Source: Octopus sinensis (lineage: Eukaryota). From it: DNA of 64,000 nt. Positions 51,700-64,000 of the stretch are shown here, in pieces; within the stretch, counting starts at the first letter, position 1; each line of letters begins with the position of its first letter. The notes under the pieces are model-generated. The model ran no database searches, was not told the origin of the DNA, and saw nothing but the letters and a program-made list of their open reading frames with translations. A program made the translations under genes and the position numbers. The DNA lies in NCBI RefSeq assembly GCF_006345805.1, contig NC_042999.1:76136001-76200000 (forward strand). The letters run 5' to 3'.

Positions 51700-54600
51700 C
51701 TTTTCGACCAGCAATTAACCAGTAAAACCACTGGTTAGTAGATCTTTCGGGTAGTAAATATTTACTCCTAGGTGGACTTGACGAGTGTGAGTTAAATATG
51801 TCCATGAGTACAGTGTAGTGCATCAGTGACGGAATACAAATTGTCGATAAGTTGTAACTCTTTCAATAGATAGAAACAAATTTAAACGACGCGCCACAAG
51901 TACCAGGATGGAATTGTAGGATAACGAAGAAATAATCGAAAGAACAAACGTGGTTATGTACATAACCCTAATACAAATTTATTCACGTCAGAATGAAATG
52001 ATATATTCAAAGACAGAAATACTGAGTTTGTTTTGCTGCTGCTGTTATTCTTGTTCACTTGTTGTTCTTTTTTAATACTTGTCTTTTTACCAGACAAAGT
52101 TTAGTTGAGACAACATGATTATATTGATTTTTGGGAGAGAAAATAATCAACGCCTCATTTGACTGGTCATAAACTGACAAGATTTCATTTCAAAAAAAGT
52201 TAATTTGCCCTCCCCTTCTCTACTCCATCTATTATTTAATTATTTGTTCAAAGGACAAGAGCAAATATTTCCTTCGTGACATATTGCAAAATTTCGATTT
52301 TAATATTCAACAGTTTCAAATTTTGTTCGATATGATTCCAGACAAATAAAAAACATCTGGTATTCAAATAATTTATTCCTAAGTTAGCCTCACATTATCA
52401 TAGGATGGGGGTAAAAACGACTGAGTGGCTCATGCTTTGTGAGGGTCATTAATATCTTAAAAGAAGTTAAATTTTCTTGCGATCAGGAAAGGAATGCAGA
52501 TATTGAACTCAGTTTGGAGAAAAAGTATCATAATACGGCTCAAAACTATAAATCCACAGTGGTAGATTGAATGAGAATTAGTGTGTTTCAAAGAAAAGCA
52601 CTATATACCCTGACTGAATATAATCATCTAATTGCTGAATAAGCTTGTAGACTTTTAGATATTTTTTAAAGAGCAATACCAGCGTAGGTGAAGTGTAATG
52701 ACTACACAAAGTATGACAATAAACTCACAATCTATGACACTCGCCACAAAGAGGCTGATGTTTAACTGATGTACAGACAGACATATCCAAAATGGATATA
52801 AGAAAAAAATGGATTTTCACTTACATGTAACTGAAAGAAGTTAATTGGCTATAACCATGTTTAGAAACCGGCTCGCCGTCTACGGTACTAGACATAGATA
52901 AGCCTAGAGTTCTCATTTACTTGTTGATCAAGATTGTTCTACAACTAGAACCACTATCTTCATTCCTTCCTCAAGAGCATAATTTAAGTGTAGTGGAATG
53001 ACTTCAACTATGAATTGAAATTAAGTGATGGTCACGGTTCGTTGGATTCGGTATTTCACAGTCTACAGCCACACGCTATATTTGCTTCAACGGACCTGAC
53101 AATGAGAGCAAATGCAATCTCTCGAACAATGTACACACATATTATTATCATTATCACTATCAAGCACAAAAGTTATCCATATTATTTTTGTTTCTTTTAC
53201 TCTCACATTTACTTTCTCTCTCCCTCCCCTCAGTCACACACCTATACATATATGTACTGACAACTCTACGGAGCTAACGAGAGTTTCTGTATGTGGTAAC
53301 CAAACCCGTTAGAAATAGTAACCAAACCTTCTTGAAATTACATTGCTTCCTCTTTTAAAAAAATTGGACGATGTGATTCTGGGTATATTACACAGGAAAA
53401 CAAAACGAGAGCTTCAAAGCATTTTATAATAGCCCTGTTTTATGAGGGATGAGCTGGAGAAATAAAACAAAAATTCTGCGCTATCTTCTATTCCTACTAA
53501 TCTCTACAAACTGTGGTATGATGAATTATTGCAATTTAATAATTATTTAGATCTGGCTGTTCTCTTATCGGTATTTGCAATATTTAAACACCATGCAAAC
53601 ACTTCAGAAATGATCCACAGTCGCAACAACAACAACAACAACAATGATCACGACGATGATGACAACAACAACGACAGAAACAACAACAGTTACAGCAACA
53701 ATGACGAAGATGACAATGACTACAAAACGACAACGATGCAGTAGCAGGAAAATGGTTTGTGGATCATACATCGTCATTTAGCTGACTATCTTCATAACAT
53801 AGGTTTGCTTAGATAAAGGGTGTCTAAGCAACACAATGGCGGTAGCAGCACGGGTTCAGCAGCAGTATTATATCAATGGAAGAACAGAAATCGCATTTGC
53901 TGACATGATTTGGAAGAAATTCTTCGGACTACTTCTAATTGTGTCTTCTCTTGATTTCAACTTTTGATTTATAGCTTAATATTTGCTATACCGTCAATAT
54001 CGATTTTTACGTTTTTAATGGAGAGAAACGAGCAGCAGCAAGTCGTCAAAATCTTTGTCCACTTGCTGTTGTCATTACTGCTGCTGCTGCTTCGAAATTC
54101 TATATATCAGACCTGATTCAGTAGACTTTACAGCTTTACATGTGGATGATCAGCTTCATAAGGCCTAGTAGATATTTAACTGCTCTCGATGGTATTGCAT
54201 CATATCAGACACATTAATGCATGTAAGCTATTTTGTAAAGAGGTACTGCAGATTACGAACAAATTACCACTGTGAACAGTGGTAACAAGGTAAATATGAA
54301 GAGAGCTTTGCTAGCGAGCTGGTTAGTCATTAATAAGATAAATATTTGTATTTAACATTTATCTCTCCCTGGGACTTTGTTCACACATATGACTAAAACA
54401 CTGAGTCTAACGTCAATCGAACCGATTGAAAAATTGTGTATATGTAAATAGATAAAAAAAATATACATTTTAAAGGTTATCATAACCTTATAAACTTTTT
54501 GCAATTGCATCTTGACTACAATGAGAAAGATTAAATTTATTGGCTACACATATATTATAACACCCGCAGGATGACGACAAATATCCGATTTTAAAATTGC

Positions 54601-57152
54601 TGTTGTCACAATCTCTTTCTATCTCTAATGTTATTGTTCTTCTCATATAACGGTATCTGCAATCTTTTACATGTTGTCTGTACTATCTTTCCTCTAGTTT
54701 TACTATATGTTAGATTAATTCCTTAAACAAATTTTATTCAACAGAAATGTATCTTAGGTGTAGAGAGGTATTTGGTTGTCTCTTCTCTATTGGAAATACA
54801 CAATGACATTAATAGTTGGGGAGCTCTTATTAGAAATATTAAGCTGTCTGTATTTTATTCACAAAGACATTTCAAATTATAATTCACATCATCATGAATT
54901 ACCTAGTGAAAGTGTGCTTTACAACAAAATATAAACCACGACCCTCATCTAAATAAAACCCTCGTGCAAATTCAATTTGCAGTACAAAATGTACTTCACT
55001 TAAGCTGTTAATGAAAGTTGGGATTGTAAAAAAGTTACCAGATTCCCACCATCAATTCTGCTAAAATATTTAGCTTTTCTCCATAGAAATTGTTAACTTG
55101 TGCGAGTATAGTAAGATAATCGACAATACTAGTGTCCCACCACGTATGGGTTTCACGCCACCATCTGTCTTCTCTCTCCGCTACATATCTTTTAGTGATT
55201 TAGCTATGTACAAAATCAGTGTTTTGAAAGAACTTATGAAGAATACAATGATGCTGTTTTTATTATGATATAGTGAAATATTACTGAGAAACGCGCAAAT
55301 GTCCCAACATGGATTTCTCTGTGCTGTAACTGAATTCAGACAAATGCATAAGTTTACATATTTTAGGAGCAGTACAGTCGATATATTCAGCTTCAGGATT
55401 TGGCTGATACTTATTTTACCAAACCCAAACGAATTGCAAGCGAACATCTTCAACACCACAATCGATAGCTACGCGATCGAAGAGACAGGCAATTTTTATA
55501 TAACCAAACAAGAGTTTGGAAAAAATTAAGAAACTTCTATTCTCCGAAATTATAAAACTGAGTCAAAGAAAAAGTAATTTTCCTTGAGAAATGCATGAAC
55601 GTTGCAGTGTTTGAGTATTCTATTCTTTCCTTATGTTATAAATGTGAAGCTTTATGGTGAATCAATAATATGGCTATTGTTTTCTGCACATCCCAAGATC
55701 CAAGATGTAATTGGTTAGATAGTTAGATGCTCATTTTGTGTTAATATTCTTTCGGGAGAGAATCTTATCGCAAATGGCTGAAATTCCACGGGATTAATAA
55801 TCATTCTTGAGATACTTCAAAGCATCTAATTATATTACAACAGCGTAATGATTAAACAAACAGCCACAAACTTTGCCAACTAATTCGAAACGTGATATAT
55901 ACATTGACAGGATTGGATTTTCTTTGCCAACCATTAGCAATATTGATTTCGTTTCTTTTGGACTAGACACAATTGTATTATATTTTAGGAGGCGAAAGGA
56001 AGAGATGGGAATATGCATGTCCAGGCCTATTTCAGAAATGGTATTAACTATTTAAGTGAAGTCAAATGTCTTCCACCAGAGATTAAATCATGAGGTCAAC
56101 AGTGTGTCCGATGCTTCTTGATCTACTATTTTCATCTGCTCTTAGGAATATTGCCCTAACCAGTGCCATATGGTGGAGAGGTAAAATACTAGACTGCATA
56201 TCTAAAAACCTTTTGTTATTAATTCCTTCCAACTACGTTCTGAATACTAATCTCATTGAGTCGTATCTCCTTGGATTTGCTTTCATCTGTCTAGACTGGA
56301 TGAAATGCACAACATACAACAGAATCAATTCAAAATTTACTCCGCCCACGAACATTGTTGAATCTTTGTAAGGGATCAATATATATTTTGTGAAGACCAA
56401 AATTTACTTAATACTAAACATAAAAGGAAACCAAGCCTGAATGCTGTTCATCCTTTAGAGCTGGTTGAACTTAGTCGTTGATAGGAAAGTTTGTAAATGG
56501 ATGCAATGCAGTGTCAATAATACACTGGAACTGGCAAAACTTAAGATGGGGCTTAGACACTTATTCCATTTTCAGAGTAAATTTAGCTCAGCGTATACAC
56601 TACCTGGTTAACTGACCATAGGTCATGTATTCAGATTCACTGATGGCATTCTGATATTTTTGAATAGTTATATATGATGCAGAATGTAATATATTATATA
56701 CTGAATGAGTTACTATATTAGAATGAAACCCTTTATACTACAGAGAAGTTACAAATATATTTTAGTAACTATAGAAGGTGCCAGATTTCTTATCAACGTT
56801 TAACTTTGAAAAATATTATAAAGCCTATCTCAAACAGTGGTTTGTTTGCATCTTATATAGATCTTATATAGGCGCATAGTGCATAAATGGACACATCCAG
56901 ATCGTAGCAAGCGAAAATCGTATGTGATGGGCGCTGGAACTCCCATGTGATGGGATTTCATTCAAATGGGAATCATCAGTGGAAGGCGTCAGATCACTGC
57001 CAGCAAGTCAAATCTCGCTGCTACGATATATAGAATATCAGTATCTTTTCAAACACTGATGTTCGGCACCCTTGACAGACAATTTTATGTATGTTATTAT
57101 GTACTATGCACCTATATGAGGTTAACAATGGAGTATTCGGTGTAGCTTATAT

Positions 57153-57206
<54 letters not shown>

Positions 57207-58067
57207 AGTGTGTGTGTATATATATATATATAAATACACACGCGCGCGCGCATATGCATATATATATATATATATCAGCTCACCTGAATTCGAAACATCA
57301 AACATCCTTTACTGAGCATTTGCAACGTTTTTGATATGTTAAGTGAAATGAATAATTCAGTATTCAATAGCTTTTCCAGAAGAACAGTGCAATAAACGAG
57401 CATATTCAAACCTGTTACCAATGAGACTTAACCTAAGAACATTTCTGCTTCGATATTTCACCTCTGCGTACAATTACTATAAGCAGAAAATATAGCTCAA
57501 ATTTCCCATAGAAAAATATTCAATAATAAACATGATTCTCGAAAGCAAGTTTTGCAGATTTAATACATGCTGTTAAAAAACAAAAATACAAACAAACCGG
57601 GAGTGTCATACTTTAGAATATAAAAACGATAAATAAAAGTGTTAAAACACACGGTTGTATATATATATTTCTTTTTTAAACATTCTTGTTTTTCGTTTTG
57701 TTTTTTGGGGGAGGGATGCAATGGGTGGTAAATATACATTATATTTTGTTAAGTATTTAAAAGAATTTTGAATCGTCATAGCGCAAGACAGTTAAGACAG
57801 AGTGTTATCTTCTTGAACATTCAACTATGTTAATATATAAATTAATAGAGAAGGATTGAGAAATAAACAACATAGATATAAAATACTGTTCACAGGTAAA
57901 TGAAGCCAAACAAATATGAAGCGTATGACTGGAGAATATTACACTTGACTCAAAGCAATAATAAGTGAGATGACATTCAAGCTAAGCAAACGCCGTGTTT
58001 TGTCGTACGGAACGTAACACACAACAGAGATTAAAAATGGCAATTTGACAACATAAGGTGTAATACA

Positions 58068-58122
<55 letters not shown>

Positions 58123-58259
58123 GTATGTATGTGTGTATGCATGTATGTGTGTATACATAAAAATATTAAGAAAATTATGCATATTTATAAATCAAATTTT
58201 ACATATGAACATGCACACATTTACACAAAAATACTTTAATAAGTTATATATGTATATAT

Positions 58260-58302
<43 letters not shown>

Positions 58303-59409
58303 ATGCAGAAATTACCAACACAAATATATAAATTAAAGTATAAAATATACACATTATTAATATATTCAGCTAGGTGTAATATGAAATATATGTACATACA
58401 CAATAAATTTATATGCATTTATATGTATATAAACATATGTACATATACATTTATAAATATATATATATTTATATATGCATACATATATTCATATACGAGT
58501 ATGTGCATGTTTATGTATATTCATACACACACATACAACAGGTACCAGATGTCTGAGGAACAAAAATGATGTAACATACCTTCCTCGATGTCGACACTTG
58601 GTGGCGCTTGAGGAGGTTTCCTTCTCCTACTAGGATCAAAAATGTATTCGTATAGCAAGCCCGCTGTAATGCCACCTCCAAAAGGACCGACCCAGTATAT
58701 CTGAAATACACGAAAACAGAAATATCATGCATTTTACTATTACAAAAACACCACATATGTAAATATGCAGAAATAAACAAATGCAGCACTCATTTAAATT
58801 CCGCCTAGATTTGTACTAGGTAAGTTTCAGCTTCGTTTAGATTTTATAGAACTCGATGATGTTATGCTTTTTTTCTTTTATTCATCAACGCGCATTACAT
58901 ACACGTATGCATTCATACATATATACATACATAAATAAGTAGACCAGAGATGTACATATATATATGAAAGTGTACATAGAGAATAATACTATATTTGTTC
59001 GACGTCCTCGCCATGTTGTGTTTTGTGTGTTTTCTTGTTTGGATTAACTTTATATATATATATACAAGATAAAATAAAGAAACGTACTCTCACGTTCTAA
59101 TATCACACAGATACAGACCCAAAACCAGTAATACATTGCTACAGCATTTACACATACACAGTTATTGCCAGTCAATCATAGATACATGCATATACTCACA
59201 CACACACATACACACACCACATGCAAATATATAAGTATAAGTTCATATATTTCCAAATACAAAGAAAACGTATATGCACTCATTTATACAAACATACATA
59301 AAAAAAATAATTGCATAAATAAACCCATAAATAGATGTATACATGTAATGGTATAAATACACAAAATATCTGATGTACAATGAAAGGAAGTTATGCAGGC
59401 AAGACACTT

Positions 59410-59950
59410 AGATGTGACAACCGAAGCAGACTCAGTTGAATTAACACCGAAGATGTGACACACATCGTAAGCAGCTCCACGATAATGTTATCATGACACT
59501 CTATGTATGAGGCATGACATAGTAGCAAAATCATTTCACACTAGATTCCAGAGATAGGATAATTCGGGAGATCAAAAAAAGTTACAGCAATCTAGAAAGC
59601 ACACTTCATCGTAACATCAAAGAATATTGGTAAATATGCAAAATGTAGGCACAACAGACCAGATAATTGTTACGGATTAAGAAATGAATGTGCGCACACT
59701 CGTAAAAATCTGTTGTCCAGTAACCGTTATCGAAAATAAAAAAAGATAAAGAAAAGACAATACTCAAAACTAACGAGAAATATGCAGATATAACCTCCGG
59801 AGTATTATACCTGTGATTACTGAGGCAGTTAGTTATAGAACTAATTGCCTGCGTGACAATCTTAAGAAGCTAGACATCGCAAAAACCAAACAGTATAGCA
59901 ATTAGAAGACATTTAATGAAACTCTGAAATTATGTAAAATATTCCACTTG
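59410..59950 (+). mobile_element. Degenerate R4/R2-type C-terminus (CCHC finger plus restriction-like endonuclease)
   Basis: CDNRSRLS...EDVTHIVSS, MRHDIVAKSFH (59507-59539), HNRPD (59650-59664), IPVITEAV. Confidence 0.7.
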
Positions 59951-61392
59951 AGAACAAAGTAGTTACTCACACACACACACGTACATAGAGGCATAGTGTC
60001 ACTGTCGTAATAATTTAAATTATCTATAGACCATACTTTCCTCGATTCTTTTTTTGAAACAGTGAAACTCGAAGCATTTATTTACTAAAACAGAAAAGGA
60101 AATACGAAGGTTTGCTTTAGTTCAATAGTAGAACGTCTGTCACTTTGACTTTTTGCATCCAAAGGGTTTTTACACATGCTATCATTCACCACTCAAGAAG
60201 AATATTATATCCGCACACACACACACCTGCCTACTCCCCACCATATATAAAAGAATTTTTGCGTAATGAGATAAGAAACCAAGGCTGTGTAGATATTAGA
60301 ACATTTATAGATAGAAGGTCTTACAGGTGTTTCCAGGATATTTATTAATTATATCCCTTCATCGGAGACGTTGTGAGAGGATGATTAAGTAATAGATAGT
60401 TTATATAGGATAGAAAATAGACAGTGAGGTGCTGGCAAGAAAATAGATGTGAGATATGAGTTGTAGATCCATTTTTTAGGCAGAATGCTATATATGTAAG
60501 ATTCCAATGCCTAATATATATACAAAAAGAGAGGGGGAGAGAGAGAAAGAAAGAGAGAGCGAGAGAAAGATAAAAGAAAGAAAGAAAAAAACAAACAAGC
60601 AAAGAAAAAAGAAAGACAAATATATGTACATGTACTCATACATACGTGAACTTACTGATTCGAACATTCAATGACATGCACAGATGTACGCATATAACCA
60701 GGATTACTGAGTAGTCGTTGCTAAGTTCCAATAAAAGAGCTTTGTTTCTGGGTTAGAAATTTGTTCTTTTTCTATTGGTGAATTTTTTGGAATTAAACCA
60801 CATCATACACTCACACACATAGTAAATCCATACTTAAATAATACAGTTGTACATACATAAACACACATACGTATTTACACGTATGCATGTATGTACATGT
60901 AATACTTAATACATACAACCGTACATATTCCATGCATACATATACATACATTGATACGCGTCTATATATATATATATATGTGTGTGTGTGTATGTGTGTG
61001 TGTATGTATGTATATGTATGTGTGTCTGTGTATATGTATGTAAGCATGTGTATGTATGCATGTATACATGTGTACACACAGATAGATTCAATGTGTTCGC
61101 ATACATACATACATACATACATGCATACAAGTGGAGAGGTAACAAGGTGAACAATAAATACAAATATTATAAAAATATACTTGCTCCGACTTATTTCAAA
61201 CATGGAAAACTTTCATAGAAATCAGATTGAAAATTTATTTTTACTAGTATTAAGATTTCAAAAGAATCACGAAATAAATTCTATTGGTTATTGGATTTAA
61301 ATTTATTTCCTTATTTTCTATTTTCATTGGCTGTGAAAAGGATTAAGATATTACTGGCTTGCTTCAAAGCTGCTTTATCCTCTTCTACTGAG

Positions 61393-61445
<53 letters not shown>

Positions 61446-61542
61446 CATTATTACTATTATTATTAGTTTCAGTATTAGTATTATGTAAGAAATGTTTAAA
61501 TATGTAAGGAAACAACATCATCATCATCATCGTCATTCGTCT

Positions 61543-61573
<31 letters not shown>

Positions 61574-62380
61574 TAAGATCATCAACCTCATCATCATTAT
61601 CACTGTAGAATCTATCAGTTTAAGTATTTATTTCATTTCTTTCCCTTTCATTGTTCCACAATATTTTGAAAATCGTATCAATAAATAGATTAGAAATTAT
61701 CTCCAAATCGAATTCTTACATTAAGCACGTATACCCACACACACACTCACACACAAGCACACACACAAGCATACACACACACGCACGCTCACAGTCGAAC
61801 ACGTACACACACACACATATGTACGCATGTACGTATGCATGTGTAGATATATATATACGTATTTATAAATGCATTTATATATAGTTCTTTACATACATGT
61901 ATATAAATATATATGCATACATATATACAAACATTAATGGATGCATCTATATATTCTACTTTTACCCATACATTTTCAAAGGTAACTATACATTTATAGA
62001 GATGCAAATGCTCACCCGCATACGTGTCTGCAAATCTTTATATATTTCAGGCTTTAATATTATATGCATAACCGTAATATCGAGCCAATATGATCAATTT
62101 TTAAAAAAAACTAAGAGCACAAAGATCAGACTTAGATTTTCATCAAAAATCATCGCAACAAATACTGAAAAAGAATATGGAATATAACTACGATAAAGTC
62201 AATGGTAATTATAAAGTGGTGAGCAATATTTTAAAAATATTTGTCATAATCATAAACCAACTGCATTTTCTGTCAGGATTAGTTGCTATGCATGCAAAAT
62301 GCATTTTTCTACTCTTTTCAAACATTTCTGCATACCTACGGATCCATATATCTTTCTTTTATTCTTTTATTCCTTTCCTG

Positions 62381-63146
62381 GTTTAAGTCAGAGGCTGCGG
62401 CCATGCTGGAGCACCGCTTTTCAGTGTTTTCAGGGTCTCCTTTCGGTACTCTTTTTGGTGAAGAAGCGAGTTGGACGAAGCTTCTCTTCTTTGTTCCTCC
62501 TGCTCTGATGTGGACTTATCTGGGATTTCAGAGACAAGTTTGCCCAGGTGCTTTTTGGACGTTTCCACTTTCTACCTCTTGTAGATCTCTTAGGTTCTTT
62601 GGTAGAATGTTAAACAGTTGCAATCTACTGAAACTCAAGCCGTTGCAATACTGGACTCTCATGTGATGAAGAAGACGGTATCTTTAGTACTATGTAGTTG
62701 CGTCCAGTTCGGTAGTTGGTATAGCTATTAAGTCCAAAGTTGGGAGCTAGACTTTCCAGGATCTTTCATATGTATATCATTGCATTCCTTCTTCTAGCCT
62801 CTCCCAGTAGCTCCTCTCTTTCACAGAATCAATATTTTATTTGTGCAGTAGAGCTGTATTGCCTCAAATTCCGTCACCAATTTGGCGCTCTGCAGCGACT
62901 ATAGTTGGGAGCAGGAATCCAGACGACTGAGGACAAATGTCCCCTATAAGAGAAGCAAGGTACCCTTATTTCATGTTCTGAATGATCAAGGGATCCATCC
63001 AGCTACTCGTCTGTACAGTATTGCTATCTCGGCAATATGCACATGGAATGTTGCATTACTACTCATATGGATTATCAGGTCACGCAACAATTCTAACTCT
63101 GGGATTGCATTTCCCCCTGGCCCTATGTATTCCGATTGTAGCCTGT
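62381..63146 (-). mobile_element. Old 3' fragment of the CR1/L2-group LINE including its 3' tail
   Basis: EYIGPGGNAIPELELLRDL..MSSNATFHVHIA and IPDKSTSEQE...SSNSLLHQ align to the 18.9-20.2 kb ORF; tail gcggtgctccagcatggccgcag. Confidence 0.85.
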
Positions 63147-63203
63147 TTGTGTGTGTGTGTGTGTATGTGTGTGTGTGTGCACGTGTGTGTTTGTGCGCGC
63201 GCG

Positions 63204-63278
<75 letters not shown>

Positions 63279-64000
63279 TTATACACACATAGCTTTAAAT
63301 AGATATAGAAATATATAAATACAGAATGCTGGAAACGAGAGTAATTGGAGAAATTAATCAATATGCACAAACGAAACTGCAATATATCAGTTATTACCCA
63401 CATTTCAATTATCGAAGGAATTACACCATACAGTATTTTCTTTGCTTATATTTCTGCTGATGAAATTTATTTTTCTTCCCTATGTAATATATCCTATATA
63501 ATATCCTATATAATATCCAAATGATGAGTAATGCTTTTATATGATTCTTTGTCACAGAATAAAATGGATGTCTGCTAACTAATTTTATTAACTAATATTT
63601 GGGAGCACTGGCAATTTATAAACTTTATATTAATATAAAGCCAAACCTCATTAGATTTACTACAACGGCTGCATTAATATATGCCAGCATGTAGAGTTAT
63701 ATGTAACAAATTAACGATACTTGGATTCTAATCATTTTATTTTTGATGAATTCCTACTAAAGAGTATTCAATACAAAGTGATTAATACTTTTCAAAATGC
63801 ATATAATCACTGTAAATTTCTGGAGTGAACTTTCTTCTAATGCAAGTCCAAGTATACATTGCTTTCGACTCACAAAGTTCAACCCCGTCATACAATCCCA
63901 AGTAATATGCAGTCACTAAGTTTAACACAAAATAATTCTTGTATAATAGCAAAGAGTTCCTCGCGTGTATAATAAAATTAATGTCAGAATTATTATGTCA

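Larger units (their letters stand above)
48924..52385. repeat. ~165-bp inverted repeat pair separated by ~3.1 kb
   Basis: 48924-49092 is the reverse complement of 52218-52385 with few substitutions. Confidence 0.9.

Noticed and set aside
56935-56985. Minus-strand CTGATGA...GAAA followed by a 6-bp hairpin
   Set aside because: U-U at the 10.1/11.1 position, no U16.1 after stem III, and no stem I; probably chance.

Overview
AT-rich, microsatellite-saturated eukaryotic DNA, intergenic or deep-intronic. The repeat families look like those of a coleoid cephalopod, probably Octopus (my recognition, not checked against a database). I cannot support any host protein-coding gene, tRNA/rRNA gene or CRISPR array; almost all ORFs in the track are translations of simple repeats. 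The real coding content is retroelement-derived: a young 5'-truncated CR1/L2-group LINE with a 7-bp TSD (18797-20310, -) nested in a Helentron/HINE-like element, two older copies of that LINE family, an R4/Dong-like RT inserted in (TAA)n and lacking its endonuclease (25957-28027), older R4/Dong pieces, two Penelope-like (GIY-YIG) remnants, and many tRNA-derived SINEs of at least four families. Most interesting: (1) long palindromic elements embedded in (TA)n tracts, one carrying a hammerhead-ribozyme-like motif in each arm, suggesting Penelope-derived foldback elements; (2) a SINE and a LINE sharing a 3' tail whose stem-loop shows compensatory base changes; (3) an endonuclease-less chimeric Dong-like insertion.
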